Shown here: positions 48,470 through 61,198 of the stretch, in pieces
Layout: each line of letters begins with the position of its first letter
Position numbering within the stretch: the stretch's first letter is position 1
Origin: Nannocystis bainbridge
GTDB taxonomy: Bacteria > Myxococcota_A > Polyangia > Nannocystales > Nannocystaceae
Reading direction: 5' to 3'
DNA length: 64,000 nt
NCBI RefSeq assembly: GCF_028368995.1
Contig: NZ_JAQNDL010000003.1
Location: 1,152,001 to 1,216,000, forward strand
Translations under genes and position numbers: made by a program
The notes under the pieces: generated by a model
Seen by the model: only the letters and a program-made list of their open reading frames with translations
Told to the model about the DNA's origin: nothing
Databases searched by the model: none

Positions 48470-49204
48470 TCACGGGCACTTCGGCGCGAGGAAGCGGGCC
48501 TCGACCCCGTCATCGGGATCCACGAGCGCGCCGGCGATGCAAGTCTCGCTGACCGCGTAGATCGTCACCGTCCCCCCGGGCGCAAATCCGCCGGAGCCAC
48601 CATTCGCGCAATCGCGGTCCCACACGGCGGAGACGCCTTCCATCGTGATGTCTTCGCCGTCGACATACTCTCCGGCGACGATCGGCCCCGGGAACTCGGC
48701 GTCGACGAGGAAGCCGCTGGTGCATCTCGTCCCGAAGCTGTCGGGCGAGATGTCATCGCACAGGAATTCCTCGGCGTCGGTCAGCCGAATCGACATCGGC
48801 CCGGTCCAGCGGGCGCCCTCGACCTTGGCGGGCGCCTCCGGCGGGAACTCGAGGCCCTGACAATTTTCCTCGACCGGATCGGGCCCGCCGGTGGTCGTCG
48901 TGGTGTCGTCCTCCGTCGTGGTGCCGGGTGAGCTGTCCGTCCCGGTCGGGTCGCCCGCCGTGGTCGTCCCGGGCTCCTCCGTGGTGCTCGTCCCGGGGCC
49001 CTCCGTGGTGCTCGTCCCGGGGCCCTCCGTGGTCGTCGGGTCGTCGCTCGTGCCCGTCGAGGTGCTCGTCGCGCCGCCGGTGTCCGAGCCGGTCGAGCCG
49101 GTCGAGCCGGTCGTCGCGGTCTCGCCGGGGGAGCCGGGCGTGCAGCCGGCGGTGAGGGTGAACGTCAGGAACCAGGGTGTAAGTGAAATGAATTCGTGGC
49201 GCAT
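48470..49204 (-). CDS. lipoprotein with Thr-rich repeats (TTEGPGTS)
   Basis: Lipobox TAGC; 24-bp repeats at ~48960-49035; Cys-containing C-terminal domain. Confidence 0.75.
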   Translation of the reverse strand: MRHEFISLTPWFLTFTLTAGCTPGSPGETATTGSTGSTGSDTGGATSTSTGTSDDPTTTEGPGTSTTEGPGTSTTEEPGTTTAGDPTGTDSSPGTTTEDDTTTTTGGPDPVEENCQGLEFPPEAPAKVEGARWTGPMSIRLTDAEEFLCDDISPDSFGTRCTSGFLVDAEFPGPIVAGEYVDGEDITMEGVSAVWDRDCANGGSGGFAPGGTVTIYAVSETCIAGALVDPDDGVEARFLAPKCP

Positions 49205-49536
49205 GGTGACTCGCGTCCGCGACAATGTGCCCGGGTTGCGTCGCCTCTGTCTGGGGGTCCGAGAGGAAATTCGACGCGCCGTCGGCCTCGCAGAGCGCGC
49301 ACGTGGAGCGCCAGCGCGCCCCCGGGCGGTCACGCAGCGGCCTTCGCCTCGCGCACGATCGTCGGCACCTCGGCGGGCACCCCACGCTCGGGTGCTGTCG
49401 ACCTCGCTTGGGGGCTCATGCGTGGTTGCGGCCGCGAGCGCCGTTCAGATAAAGGCTCTCCCGCGCGCTCTTTTGCCGCGACCGCGGGCCCGGGCTCCGT
49501 CTGGTCCGCGAACCCCTCCGAAGAAGAAACCTTCTC

Positions 49537-50451
49537 ATGCGAATCAATTTCCTCTCGTCGCTCGCCCTCTCCTCCATCAGCTTCCTGCCGGCCTGCGGCG
49601 TCGACGGCGGCGGCTCCGACTCCGGCACCCAGGGTGAAAGCAGCGGGACGGTCGGCGCATCCACGACGGGGCCGCAGACCGACCCGGGCACGGACACGAC
49701 GGTGACGCCGACGACCGGGATCACCGACGGAGCCAGCGACACACAGGATACCGACGGTACGGCGTCGCTGTCGGCCACGGGGACGGGCGCTCCGACGAGC
49801 TCCTCGTCGACGACCGACGAGACCTCCGGGACGAGTGACGACACGTCGAGCTCGACCGAGGCGAGCTCGACCGAGGCGAGCACTTCGACGACCGACGATA
49901 CGACCGGGACCACCGCGGACAGCGAGACGACGACCACGAGCGAGAGCACGGGTGACACCGATCCGGGCGCGGAGGTCCTGATGAACCCGTTCGACCTGGC
50001 GCCCGGGATGAACACGTACGTCGGCGGACTGAACGACGAGAACTGGACCACCGAGTTCGCGCAGCCGAACGCGGGGAGGACGTTCTTCGCCTCGGGGAAC
50101 GGCAACCAGATGGGGTCGTTCGTCGGCCTCGGGCTCACGAAGGACCTCGGCGGGGTGGTCGAGGACACCACGTACGAGGTGTCGTTCTTCGTCACGATGG
50201 ACCTTGCGGGCTTCTCGGGGATCGAGCTGGCGGACTTCTCGACGCTGCGGATCGGCGGGCCGGCAGGGATGGTCGAGTGGACCAGCACGCCGACGCCGAC
50301 CGTCGAGGACGAATGGGTGCAGTGGACCGGTACGTATACGCCGGCGCCGGCGGACCTCGGCGGGCCGTTCATCTTCGAGATGGTGTTCGACCTCGACGCG
50401 CAGCACTCGGTGGGGTTCGACGGGGTGGTCTCGGCGGTGCCGCTGCCCTGA
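49537..50451 (+). CDS. lipoprotein with Thr/Ser-rich linker and beta-sandwich-like C-terminal domain
   Basis: Lipobox LPAC; long T/S/D linker; C-terminal W.QWTGTYT region reminiscent of carbohydrate-binding modules. Confidence 0.75.
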   Translation: MRINFLSSLALSSISFLPACGVDGGGSDSGTQGESSGTVGASTTGPQTDPGTDTTVTPTTGITDGASDTQDTDGTASLSATGTGAPTSSSSTTDETSGTSDDTSSSTEASSTEASTSTTDDTTGTTADSETTTTSESTGDTDPGAEVLMNPFDLAPGMNTYVGGLNDENWTTEFAQPNAGRTFFASGNGNQMGSFVGLGLTKDLGGVVEDTTYEVSFFVTMDLAGFSGIELADFSTLRIGGPAGMVEWTSTPTPTVEDEWVQWTGTYTPAPADLGGPFIFEMVFDLDAQHSVGFDGVVSAVPLP

Positions 50452-50473
50452 AAGCGGGCGCGGGGCAATACGC

Positions 50474-51541
50474 TTATTCCACCGTAAAACGATGAATCAT
50501 CGTATGTGAGTAGAGCCTGCCGGGCACCAGGATCACGCTGTCTCTCCAGGCAGGCACATGAATGGAGTTGGGGAACCGCTGCGACTCGAGGCAAAAGGCC
50601 GAGTGCCGGACGTGCGGCGAGCCCTTCCCACGGGTCGAGCCGTCCAGGAAGTTTCCCGTATAAAACTGCACCCCGGGCTGATCGGACTCGAGCGCCATCA
50701 CTCTGCCGGTCCCCGGGTCTCGCACGCGCGCCACCGGCCGTAGCGAAAAGGCGGCACCGTCGACGACGAAGTTGTCGTCAAAGCCACCGGGGCCGTACCC
50801 GGTGGGCTGAAGGCGCGGTCCGATCGGCTGGGCCGTGGTGAAATCGAAGCGGGTCCCGGCGACGGGCTCGACCGCCCCTGCGGGCGGCAGGCCCGGCGTA
50901 TACGCCTTCGCGTGCAAGGTCAGCTCGTGGCCTGCGATGCTGCTGGACCCCGGACCCCCGAGATTCCAGTACGTGTGGTGCGCCATGTTGACGAGGGTCG
51001 TCCTGTCCGTCATGGCCCGCATCTCGACGCGAAACTCGTCGGCGTCGGTCAATGAATAGAGGACCGTCGCCTGCACGCGCCCGGGGTACCCTTCTTCTCC
51101 GTCCGCCGATGTGTAGCTCAGCTTGATGGAAGGGCCGCGCTCGGAGCTGTCCGCCTCGGCATTCCACACGACCTTGTCCCACCCTCGTCTGCCGCCGTGG
51201 AGGTGACTGCCGGTGGCAGGGTCGTTCAGCGCCAACGCGTAGCGCTGGCCCTCCAGCTCGAACGTACCGCCCTTGATGCGATTGGCGACGCGCCCGATGG
51301 TCGCTCCGAAGTAAGGGGTATTCTCGAGGTAGCCCTGGAGGTCGTCGAAGCCACGCACGACATCGGCGAGTTCGCCGTCGCGCCCGCGCACCAGCAGCTC
51401 GGTGACGATCGCTCCGTAATTGATGACCTTCAGGACGGCGCCGTTCCTGTTGGTGAGGGTGTAGAGCGCCACCTCTGCGCCATGGAGCTGCCCGAAATGC
51501 GATCTCGTGATTCGGGCGGGGGGAGTGAAAGCTTCGACCAT
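50474..51541 (-). CDS. galM: aldose 1-epimerase (galactose mutarotase)
   Basis: YFGATIGRVANRI, HLHGG, EGYPG, NMAHHTYWNL, QFYTGNFL, FCLESQRFP. Confidence 0.92.
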   Translation of the reverse strand: MVEAFTPPARITRSHFGQLHGAEVALYTLTNRNGAVLKVINYGAIVTELLVRGRDGELADVVRGFDDLQGYLENTPYFGATIGRVANRIKGGTFELEGQRYALALNDPATGSHLHGGRRGWDKVVWNAEADSSERGPSIKLSYTSADGEEGYPGRVQATVLYSLTDADEFRVEMRAMTDRTTLVNMAHHTYWNLGGPGSSSIAGHELTLHAKAYTPGLPPAGAVEPVAGTRFDFTTAQPIGPRLQPTGYGPGGFDDNFVVDGAAFSLRPVARVRDPGTGRVMALESDQPGVQFYTGNFLDGSTRGKGSPHVRHSAFCLESQRFPNSIHVPAWRDSVILVPGRLYSHTMIHRFTVE

Positions 51542-51800
51542 GGCGGGGCTCCTGACCGCGATTCTGGCGACCTGAGGTTTCGGGATGAGGGGTAGTCGAC
51601 GATGCCCTGCCAGCGACCGGCTTCGAGCGCCATGTCTTCGGCCCGTCGCTCTGGCGGCTCGGGTCGTCGCAGGCGCGCGACGGTTCGTCGGTTACGCATG
51701 GCGGCTCGCACCCCGGGATGCGAGATCAGGCATGTTCTACCCGCCATTTCGCAGAGACCCCCAGCCGCTCGCCGGCTCGCCTCGCTCTCCGGCTGCCACC

Positions 51801-52286
51801 ATGACCACGACGCTGATCTCGAGCAGGCGCTGGTTCGTGACGCAGTCAGGCATGGTCGCGGCCGTCTTCGTCTTGCCGGGGTGCAACGAGGAGGGTTCTC
51901 CCGCGTCCTCGAACCCGGTCAACGACGCGTGGGAGGCCAGGGCGATGGAGCTCGAAGCGACGGGTCAGGGCATCTACACGGCGGACGACGAGCTGGACCT
52001 GCCGGGCAAGGGGGAGACGCATCTCCCGCGAGTGGCGGTGTCCGGAAAGACGGTCACGGCGTCGACGACCCACGTGATGTCGGTCGAGGCCGATCACTTC
52101 ATCCAGTATCACTATGTCCGCGACCAGGCGGACGTGATCTTCGCGCTGCGAGAGTACGTACTGGGCGAGGACCTCGCCGCGACCATGACATTCGCTATCC
52201 CCGAGGGCACGACGAGGTTCACCGTCTATCAATACTGCAACCTGCACTGGACATGGATGGCCGCGGAACAAACTGCTTCGACCTGA
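51801..52286 (+). CDS. Tat-signal lipoprotein with superoxide reductase/desulfoferrodoxin-like domain
   Basis: SRRWF twin-arginine motif, LPGC lipobox; ETHLP, HVM, HFI, YCNLH ligand pattern. Confidence 0.75.
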   Translation: MTTTLISSRRWFVTQSGMVAAVFVLPGCNEEGSPASSNPVNDAWEARAMELEATGQGIYTADDELDLPGKGETHLPRVAVSGKTVTASTTHVMSVEADHFIQYHYVRDQADVIFALREYVLGEDLAATMTFAIPEGTTRFTVYQYCNLHWTWMAAEQTAST

Positions 52287-52334
52287 GCGCGGTCGGCCGT
52301 CCAGCAGGCTCCACCGCGCCTCGCCCTCGGTCGT

Positions 52335-52400
52335 CGACTCGAAGCCGAGGCCGATGGCCGACACCGCGAGGCCGCTATCGCCGAGGTTCCACGTCTGCAT
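52335..52400 (-). pseudogene. 5' remnant of an aldo/keto reductase
   Basis: AAGGAG RBS then MQTWNLGDSGLAVSAIGLG, after which similarity ends. Confidence 0.65.
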
Positions 52401-52425
52401 CTCGTGCTCCTTCAGGGTGAGACGA

Positions 52426-52750
52426 TCAGGGCGTCACCAGCACCTTGATCGCCTCGCGCCGGTCCATAGCCGTCGAGGCCGATGGAGCGATCGAACACGC
52501 GCCCGGGATCGATCTTGCCCTCGAGGACCTCGGGCAGGAGCTCGCCGATGTACGCGCGCACCGGAGCCGGGCCGTGACCCATGCTCTGCCCGGTCTCGCT
52601 CGGGGCCATGTCGTGGTACGGCCACCGGTCGCTGCCGCAGATGCAAGCGCGGACCACCCGGACGATCGCGTCGGTCGGCTCAAGGATGGTGGGATCGGGG
52701 ACGTTCTCGACGCGCACGTCGCCGGCGCCGTACATGTTGGTCGCACGCAT
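52426..52750 (-). pseudogene. internally deleted Zn-dependent alcohol dehydrogenase
   Basis: N-terminus (MRAT..DVRVENVPDP..CICGSD..MGH) joined directly to C-terminal sequence (GPAPVRAYI..IDPGRVFD), then a frameshifted MDRREAIKVLV tail. Confidence 0.8.
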
Positions 52751-52964
52751 GGGTCGCTCCCTCGGGTTCTCCGCGACGGCTCGCCTCGGTCGCAGCCTGT
52801 GCCGGAGCGCAGAGACAGTGGGCCCGATCGACGTCACCGGCCAGCCGCCGCGCGACGGGTGGCCCTCCCAGCGCTGATCGGCGACGGACCCGGGCTTGCG
52901 AGCGGCCGGGCAGTGCGGGTGGTCCGCCGGATGGGCCGAGCGAGCGACACCGCGAACCCGCGGT

Positions 52965-54332
52965 TCACTCGAGGTCGACGAGGCGCAGGTCGTAGCGCGG
53001 GTCGACGCCCGACGGCGCCGAGAATTGCGCCTCCCACGTCGCGAACTCGGGGCACTGCATCACCACCTCGAGGTTCGCGTCGAGCACGACGTCGTAATAA
53101 TCGAGGTACGTCTCGCTGACCCCGCCGGCCGCGCGGAAGTGCAGCAGCGACGCCGCGGCCACCAGCGTCTCCTCGAGCTCGAAGCGCGCGCACGCCTGCA
53201 TGTCGCCGCGGCGGAAGTAGAGGTCGTTCATCGCCGCGTCCACGCTGTTGAGCCGGTCGACATAGCGGTGCAGCAGCTCGTGCACCAGCGTCTCGGCCAC
53301 GCCCTCGCGCATGTAGCGGAGGAAGTTCTCGTCGTCGCCGGGCTTGTCGTAGATCGGCCGGCTGCCGATCTGGTCCGATGACCCGAGGATCGTCTCGCGG
53401 TCGATCGAGATCGCCGGCACGTTGCTGTACAGGTCGAGGCCCTGATCCACGGTCGGCGCCGCGTCGAGCACGGTGATCCCGGCCGCGATGTAGAGCGGCG
53501 TGGTGTCGAACGAGATCACCACGCTGCGCGCCCGGTTCTTCCACGCCAGGCCGTCGAGCGCCGGATCCGCCGGGAACTCCGCCATGTCGACCAGCAGCGC
53601 CTGGTAGGTCGCCGGGTGATCGGTGCGCAGCAGCTCGAGCGCGCGCACGGTGAAGAACACCTCGAGCTGGTCGCGCGCCTCGTCCTGCTCGGTCATCACA
53701 TAGACCGCGTCCCCGTAGCGATAGACGTGCCGCTCGCCGTCGAGCCAGGCGATGTTCGCCGGCGAGATCACGTCGTCGGTCGTGAACGCCCCCGTGGCGT
53801 TCGGGTGCAGGTAGCCGAGGTACTCGAGCGGCACCCCGTCGAGCGTGAACTCGTCGCACAGGAGGCTGGTCTCGCCCGGCCCCGGCTGCTCATCGGCGCC
53901 GCAGCTCAGCAGCTCGCACTCGATCCAGCGCAGGTCGTGCTCGGCGAGCGCGTCGGCGGCGACCTCGGGCACGACCCAGGTCGGCTCGCACACCCCCGCC
54001 CCGGTGTCCCCGGTGCTCGTCCCCTCGGTGCCCGTCGTGCTCGTGTCTGCCGTCGTGCCCGCGCTCGCATCACCCGTGCTGCTGGTGCTCGTGTCCGCCG
54101 TCGTGCCCGTGCTCGCGTCCATCGTCGTGCCCGTGCTCGCCTCCGTCGTCGTGCCCGACGGCTCGACGGTCGTGGTCGGCCCGGGCTCGCTCGTGGTCGT
54201 CGCGTCGCTCGTCGAATGGGTGCCGGCCGAGCCGTCGGAGTCGGTCTGCCCGGCCGGACCGCCGCAGCCCGGCGCCACCGCGAGCGCGACCGTGAGACCG
54301 AGGGATGAAAGGGAGCGCTGTGAAGTCTGCAT
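52965..54332 (-). CDS. lipoprotein with Thr-rich linker and HExxH motif (possible metallopeptidase)
   Basis: Lipobox APGC; ETLVHELLH and downstream LEE. Confidence 0.7.
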   Translation of the reverse strand: MQTSQRSLSSLGLTVALAVAPGCGGPAGQTDSDGSAGTHSTSDATTTSEPGPTTTVEPSGTTTEASTGTTMDASTGTTADTSTSSTGDASAGTTADTSTTGTEGTSTGDTGAGVCEPTWVVPEVAADALAEHDLRWIECELLSCGADEQPGPGETSLLCDEFTLDGVPLEYLGYLHPNATGAFTTDDVISPANIAWLDGERHVYRYGDAVYVMTEQDEARDQLEVFFTVRALELLRTDHPATYQALLVDMAEFPADPALDGLAWKNRARSVVISFDTTPLYIAAGITVLDAAPTVDQGLDLYSNVPAISIDRETILGSSDQIGSRPIYDKPGDDENFLRYMREGVAETLVHELLHRYVDRLNSVDAAMNDLYFRRGDMQACARFELEETLVAAASLLHFRAAGGVSETYLDYYDVVLDANLEVVMQCPEFATWEAQFSAPSGVDPRYDLRLVDLE

Positions 54333-54553
54333 GAATGGCGTCCTGCTGCCGGGGCCGTCGAAAGCTACACCGTCCCATCCGCCGGCGGAACGACCCTGCC
54401 GGGCCAGCGGTGGGGTCTCCGACCGACACGCACGCGCCGCCTCGAAGCCGTCGTTCGAGCGGATCGCCGCGACCGTGGCGACTGCATCGGACTGTGAGGC
54501 GAGGGATTTTCGGTCGCAGTTTCGCGGCGACTCGCGCGTATCATCGCCCCGCC

Positions 54554-55303
54554 ATGACCCGCAAACGCACAGCGATCGTCCTCGGAGGCTCCGGCTCGGT
54601 CGGAGCCGCCCTGCTCCGCGAGTTGTTCCACGACGAGGGCTTCGACGCCGTCATCACGTTGTCGCGCCGCTCGCTGCCCGAGGCCGTCGCGCTGGCTCGC
54701 ACCACCGGCCGCACGCTGGTGGAGAAGCTCGTGCCCGAGATGAAGCCCGCGGCCCTCGCCGCGGCGACCCTCGATGCAGCGAGCGCCGTCGAGGGCGAGC
54801 TCGAGGGATTCAGCGTGCTCGGCGTCGGCGCCGGCACCGGCAAGCTCACGCTCGAGCAGCATCGCGCGGTCGACGTGGCGCTGAACGAGGCGTTCGCGCG
54901 GGCCCTGCGAGACTCGGGCAAGGTCCAGCACCTCGCGTTCATGAGCGCCGCGGGTGCGGACGCGACCGCGAAGACCAGCGGCAGCGGTGCCGCCGGCATG
55001 GCGCGTTACAACCGGGTCAAGGGCGAGTCCGAGGCGGCCGTGAGCGCGAGCGGGCCGGCGCTGGTGAGCGTGTTCCGCCCGGCGATGATCATCGGCTCGC
55101 AGCACACGCCGTGGCTGCTCGAGAAGGCGCTGCCGCTGTTCTCGTTCGTGACGCCGGCGAAGTACCGATCGATCCGCGTCGAGCAGATCGCGCAAGCGAT
55201 GGTCGCGGCGGCGAAGCACCACCCGGCGACGAGCGCGACGTACCACTACCCCGAGATGATGGCGCTGATCGCCAGCGGGCAACGCCAGCCGCCCGCCACC
55301 TGA
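54554..55303 (+). CDS. NAD(P)-binding Rossmann oxidoreductase (YraR/TIP30-like atypical SDR)
   Basis: VLGGSGSVG, SAAGAD, YNRVKGESE, FRPAMIIG. Confidence 0.85.
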   Translation: MTRKRTAIVLGGSGSVGAALLRELFHDEGFDAVITLSRRSLPEAVALARTTGRTLVEKLVPEMKPAALAAATLDAASAVEGELEGFSVLGVGAGTGKLTLEQHRAVDVALNEAFARALRDSGKVQHLAFMSAAGADATAKTSGSGAAGMARYNRVKGESEAAVSASGPALVSVFRPAMIIGSQHTPWLLEKALPLFSFVTPAKYRSIRVEQIAQAMVAAAKHHPATSATYHYPEMMALIASGQRQPPAT

Positions 55304-55868
55304 CCTGCGCTCCGCTGCGACTCGTGTCCGTCGCGCGACGGCTCGACAACATCTCGGAGACCCTGGAGGACGTGGTTAGCTCTACAGCGATCACCTGCTG
55401 GCCAAGCTCCTGTCCCTCGATGGCGACATCGGCCCGCCCGAGGCCACGACCCGCCAACAGAAGAGCGACCTGGTCGCATTCTTGAAGCGCCTGTGATGAA
55501 ATCGAAGTGACGATTCCGCCGGCTCCCGACGACACCAATGACGACACCCTCGGCCGCACGAACGGCGTACGGATCGACGGCGATCGCACGAGGCTGACGA
55601 TTCGCGGCGCCTGGCAGACCGTGCCCGCGTCGTCGTCGCCCGCGCTGCGATCGCCGACGTCCTCGTCGCCGCGCCGGTCCGCGGCCGTCGGGCCTTGTCG
55701 GGGACCACGATCGGGGCTGCCATGGCGCACCAGTCCGCACAGCGGTGCCCGTCCACCTTTCACCTACACGGCGGCATCGTGCGCAGTTCGCTGCGTGGGG
55801 GCTCGCGGCCGGATTGACGAATCGTAAATGTGTCGGCCTAATCGTCAGCTCGGTTCGGAGGTTTGGAC

Positions 55869-56262
55869 ATGCGCAAGTTGATCGTGATCGGTGTGTTTGC
55901 AGCGTGCGGGCTCGGGGTCGTCGAGACCGCGGTGGCCAATTACTTCTACCCGGGCAAGGTGATCATCGGCACCGGCATCGGTGGCGGCGGCGGCGGGACC
56001 ACGACGACGGGCAGTACGCTCGGTCAGGACGCCAACAAGATGGGCGGCGGCGAGCCCTGTACGGTCAAGCCGATCGCCTGTGAGTGCTTCACCGGCGTGC
56101 CGGTGCTGGAGGCCTGTGCCAAGAGCGGCGCCGACCTGCAGTGCTTGACGCCGAAGACCAAATACGACGCGATCGAGCAGCAGGGGCTGGTCGTCGTCGG
56201 CGACAAGACGATGACGCTCGGCGGGCTGGTCTGCGCCGGCAAGTCCGACGGGACCGCGTACG

Positions 56263-56276
<14 letters not shown>
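55869..56276 (+). CDS. small secreted Gly/Cys-rich protein
   Basis: GGAGG RBS; signal peptide ending AVA; six Cys in the mature part. Confidence 0.65.
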
Positions 56277-59157
<2,881 letters not shown>

Positions 59158-59858
59158 CGGCGCCTGTTCCAGGGTCACGGATGCCGACGAAGCGTGCAAG
59201 CAGGAGCCGGGCGTTCTCGAACTTCGGTGCGCAATCGTGCGACAACCGTGTCGCCGTTGCGCTGCGCACCGCCCCGACCCGCAGGCGGCCGCGGCGCAGC
59301 CAACGGCCGGGGGGCGCCACCGGCCGATGTCCCCCGGGACATGTCCGATCGTGCTGGGCGCGCCGCGCACCGAGGCTCGGCGCAGGCAGGGCTCGGGGGT
59401 CGGGGCGCCCCGGGACGGCGGCGGGGTCACGCCGACGGCCGCGCCGCCCGAAGATCATGACCTGTCCCGAAGAGTGCGTGCGACGATTCAGACATGTCAC
59501 TCCAATTGCTCGAAGCACCCGATGGTTGCAGTCTGGCAGTTCACTCCGCATGGAGAACCCAACGGTCCCCGGGGCGAGCAACGAGTCTCACCCTATCCAT
59601 GAGTGGTATGATTCCCCGACATTTCCAGCATCGCTGAAGCCCACGTCTCCCGAGGTCGAGCCCCGAGGTCGTCGCGTCGGCCGGCTGCCCGGCGGCACAG
59701 GCGAGGGCGCGGCGCGAGACACGCCCGCCACGGCGTCCCCGCGGCCGAGGCGCGCAGATGCGCACGATCTCGGGATATTTCGTACATTCAGGGCCGCAGT
59801 TTCTGGCGGAGCATTCGCCGGCGATCCGTTCGCCTTTGAGTGACGCAACCACCAGCAG

Positions 59859-60428
59859 ATGACAACTTTGCGCCGCACCTTCCGCGTCGCCGCCTCGCCG
59901 GAACAGCTCCTCCCTTTCGTCCAGTTCAAGATCGCCGGTCCGGACAGCCGCGTGGCGCGGGTCCGCTTCGACCTCGTCCATGCGCGGGGCTTTCACCTCC
60001 TGCGCGCCGCGGAGAATGTCCCGGCCCTCTCCGAATGGGTCGTGGGGGCGCGCGTACGCCTCGAGCGCACACAGGGTGGGACGGTCGTCACGGTCGCACA
60101 CGCCGGGACCCTCCTGCGCCGCAATGGCCACCTGTCGGCAGCGCGGCCCCTCGTGATGGCGGTGACGTCCTTCATGATGACGGTGGCGACGTTGTGGGCA
60201 GGGCTCACTCGGAGCGACGACCCCGGCGCGCTGCTGTTCTGCCTCATGTTCCTGGTGTTGTTCGTGGCGACTTCTCGGCCGCTCGTCGCCAACTATCGCC
60301 GCCGCGACGCACACTTCGCTGAGCTCGCCGACGCGCTGCAGGAGGTCCTGGCCCCGCTCTCCGATCCCGAGCTCGCCCCGATCGCCCTGCGCATCGCGGC
60401 CGAGTTTCAAGCGCGCACCGGGGGCTGA
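59859..60428 (+). CDS. hypothetical membrane protein
   Basis: Two adjacent hydrophobic helices followed by a short helical tail. Confidence 0.55.
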   Translation: MTTLRRTFRVAASPEQLLPFVQFKIAGPDSRVARVRFDLVHARGFHLLRAAENVPALSEWVVGARVRLERTQGGTVVTVAHAGTLLRRNGHLSAARPLVMAVTSFMMTVATLWAGLTRSDDPGALLFCLMFLVLFVATSRPLVANYRRRDAHFAELADALQEVLAPLSDPELAPIALRIAAEFQARTGG

Positions 60429-60612
60429 CGAGCGGCGCGTCCAGCCCCGTCCCGTACGGGGCCGCGCTCGAGCCTCGGCACCGAGTGCGTGCATTGGCGC
60501 CACGCGCGCCCGTTCGGGGTTCGTTTCGCATGAACAGTGTTGTCGCTCCGCGGGCCGCGAGGGCGGGCCGCGATGCTTGCACCTGACCGCGACGACGGCA
60601 TCTTCGCCGGCT

Positions 60613-61185
60613 GTGTCCGACACATCCAAGCCACCAGAATGGTCCGAGCCCGCGGCGATGGCGATCCCGGAGGGCGGCTTCTTCCCCGACGACGTCGAGT
60701 ACGGCCGTTACGGGCCCATCTTCCCCAAAACGCCCGCGTGCTACGGCTTCACCATCGTCGCCAAGATCATCCCCGGGCGCGAAGAGGCCTTTCGCGAGCA
60801 CGGGCGCACCCTGGAAAAGGCAGTGAAGGATCAGCCCGACATCCTCGCCCCGCTCGAGCTGCACTACCTGCGCTGGGTGCTGTTCGAGATCAAAGGCGAG
60901 ACGTACTTCATGTACCAGGGCATCTTCGACACCGACTTCGACAAATACACCGAGGACGCCGTCGCCCTGTTCTCGCAGTCCGGGATCAGCACCGTGTTCG
61001 AGAACCTCGAGGGCTTCCCGGCCGACTGGAAGACCAACCCGGAGGCCTTCGTCGAATTCGTGCGAGCGCACCACCGCCCCAGCTTCCTCGAGTACGGCGA
61101 ATATCCGTACGTCAGCGCCGACGAGATCAAGAAGGCGCTGCGCGTGAAGCACTTGTTCTCCCAGATGCTCGATCAGATGCAGTGA
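60613..61185 (+). CDS. hypothetical protein preceding DyP peroxidase (start uncertain)
   Basis: Strong coding bias; LHYLRWVLF..FDTDFDKY..LEGFP..F.EYGEYP; 13 bp gap to the DyP gene. Confidence 0.8.
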   Translation: MSDTSKPPEWSEPAAMAIPEGGFFPDDVEYGRYGPIFPKTPACYGFTIVAKIIPGREEAFREHGRTLEKAVKDQPDILAPLELHYLRWVLFEIKGETYFMYQGIFDTDFDKYTEDAVALFSQSGISTVFENLEGFPADWKTNPEAFVEFVRAHHRPSFLEYGEYPYVSADEIKKALRVKHLFSQMLDQMQ

Positions 61186-61198
61186 GGCCCACGCCCCG

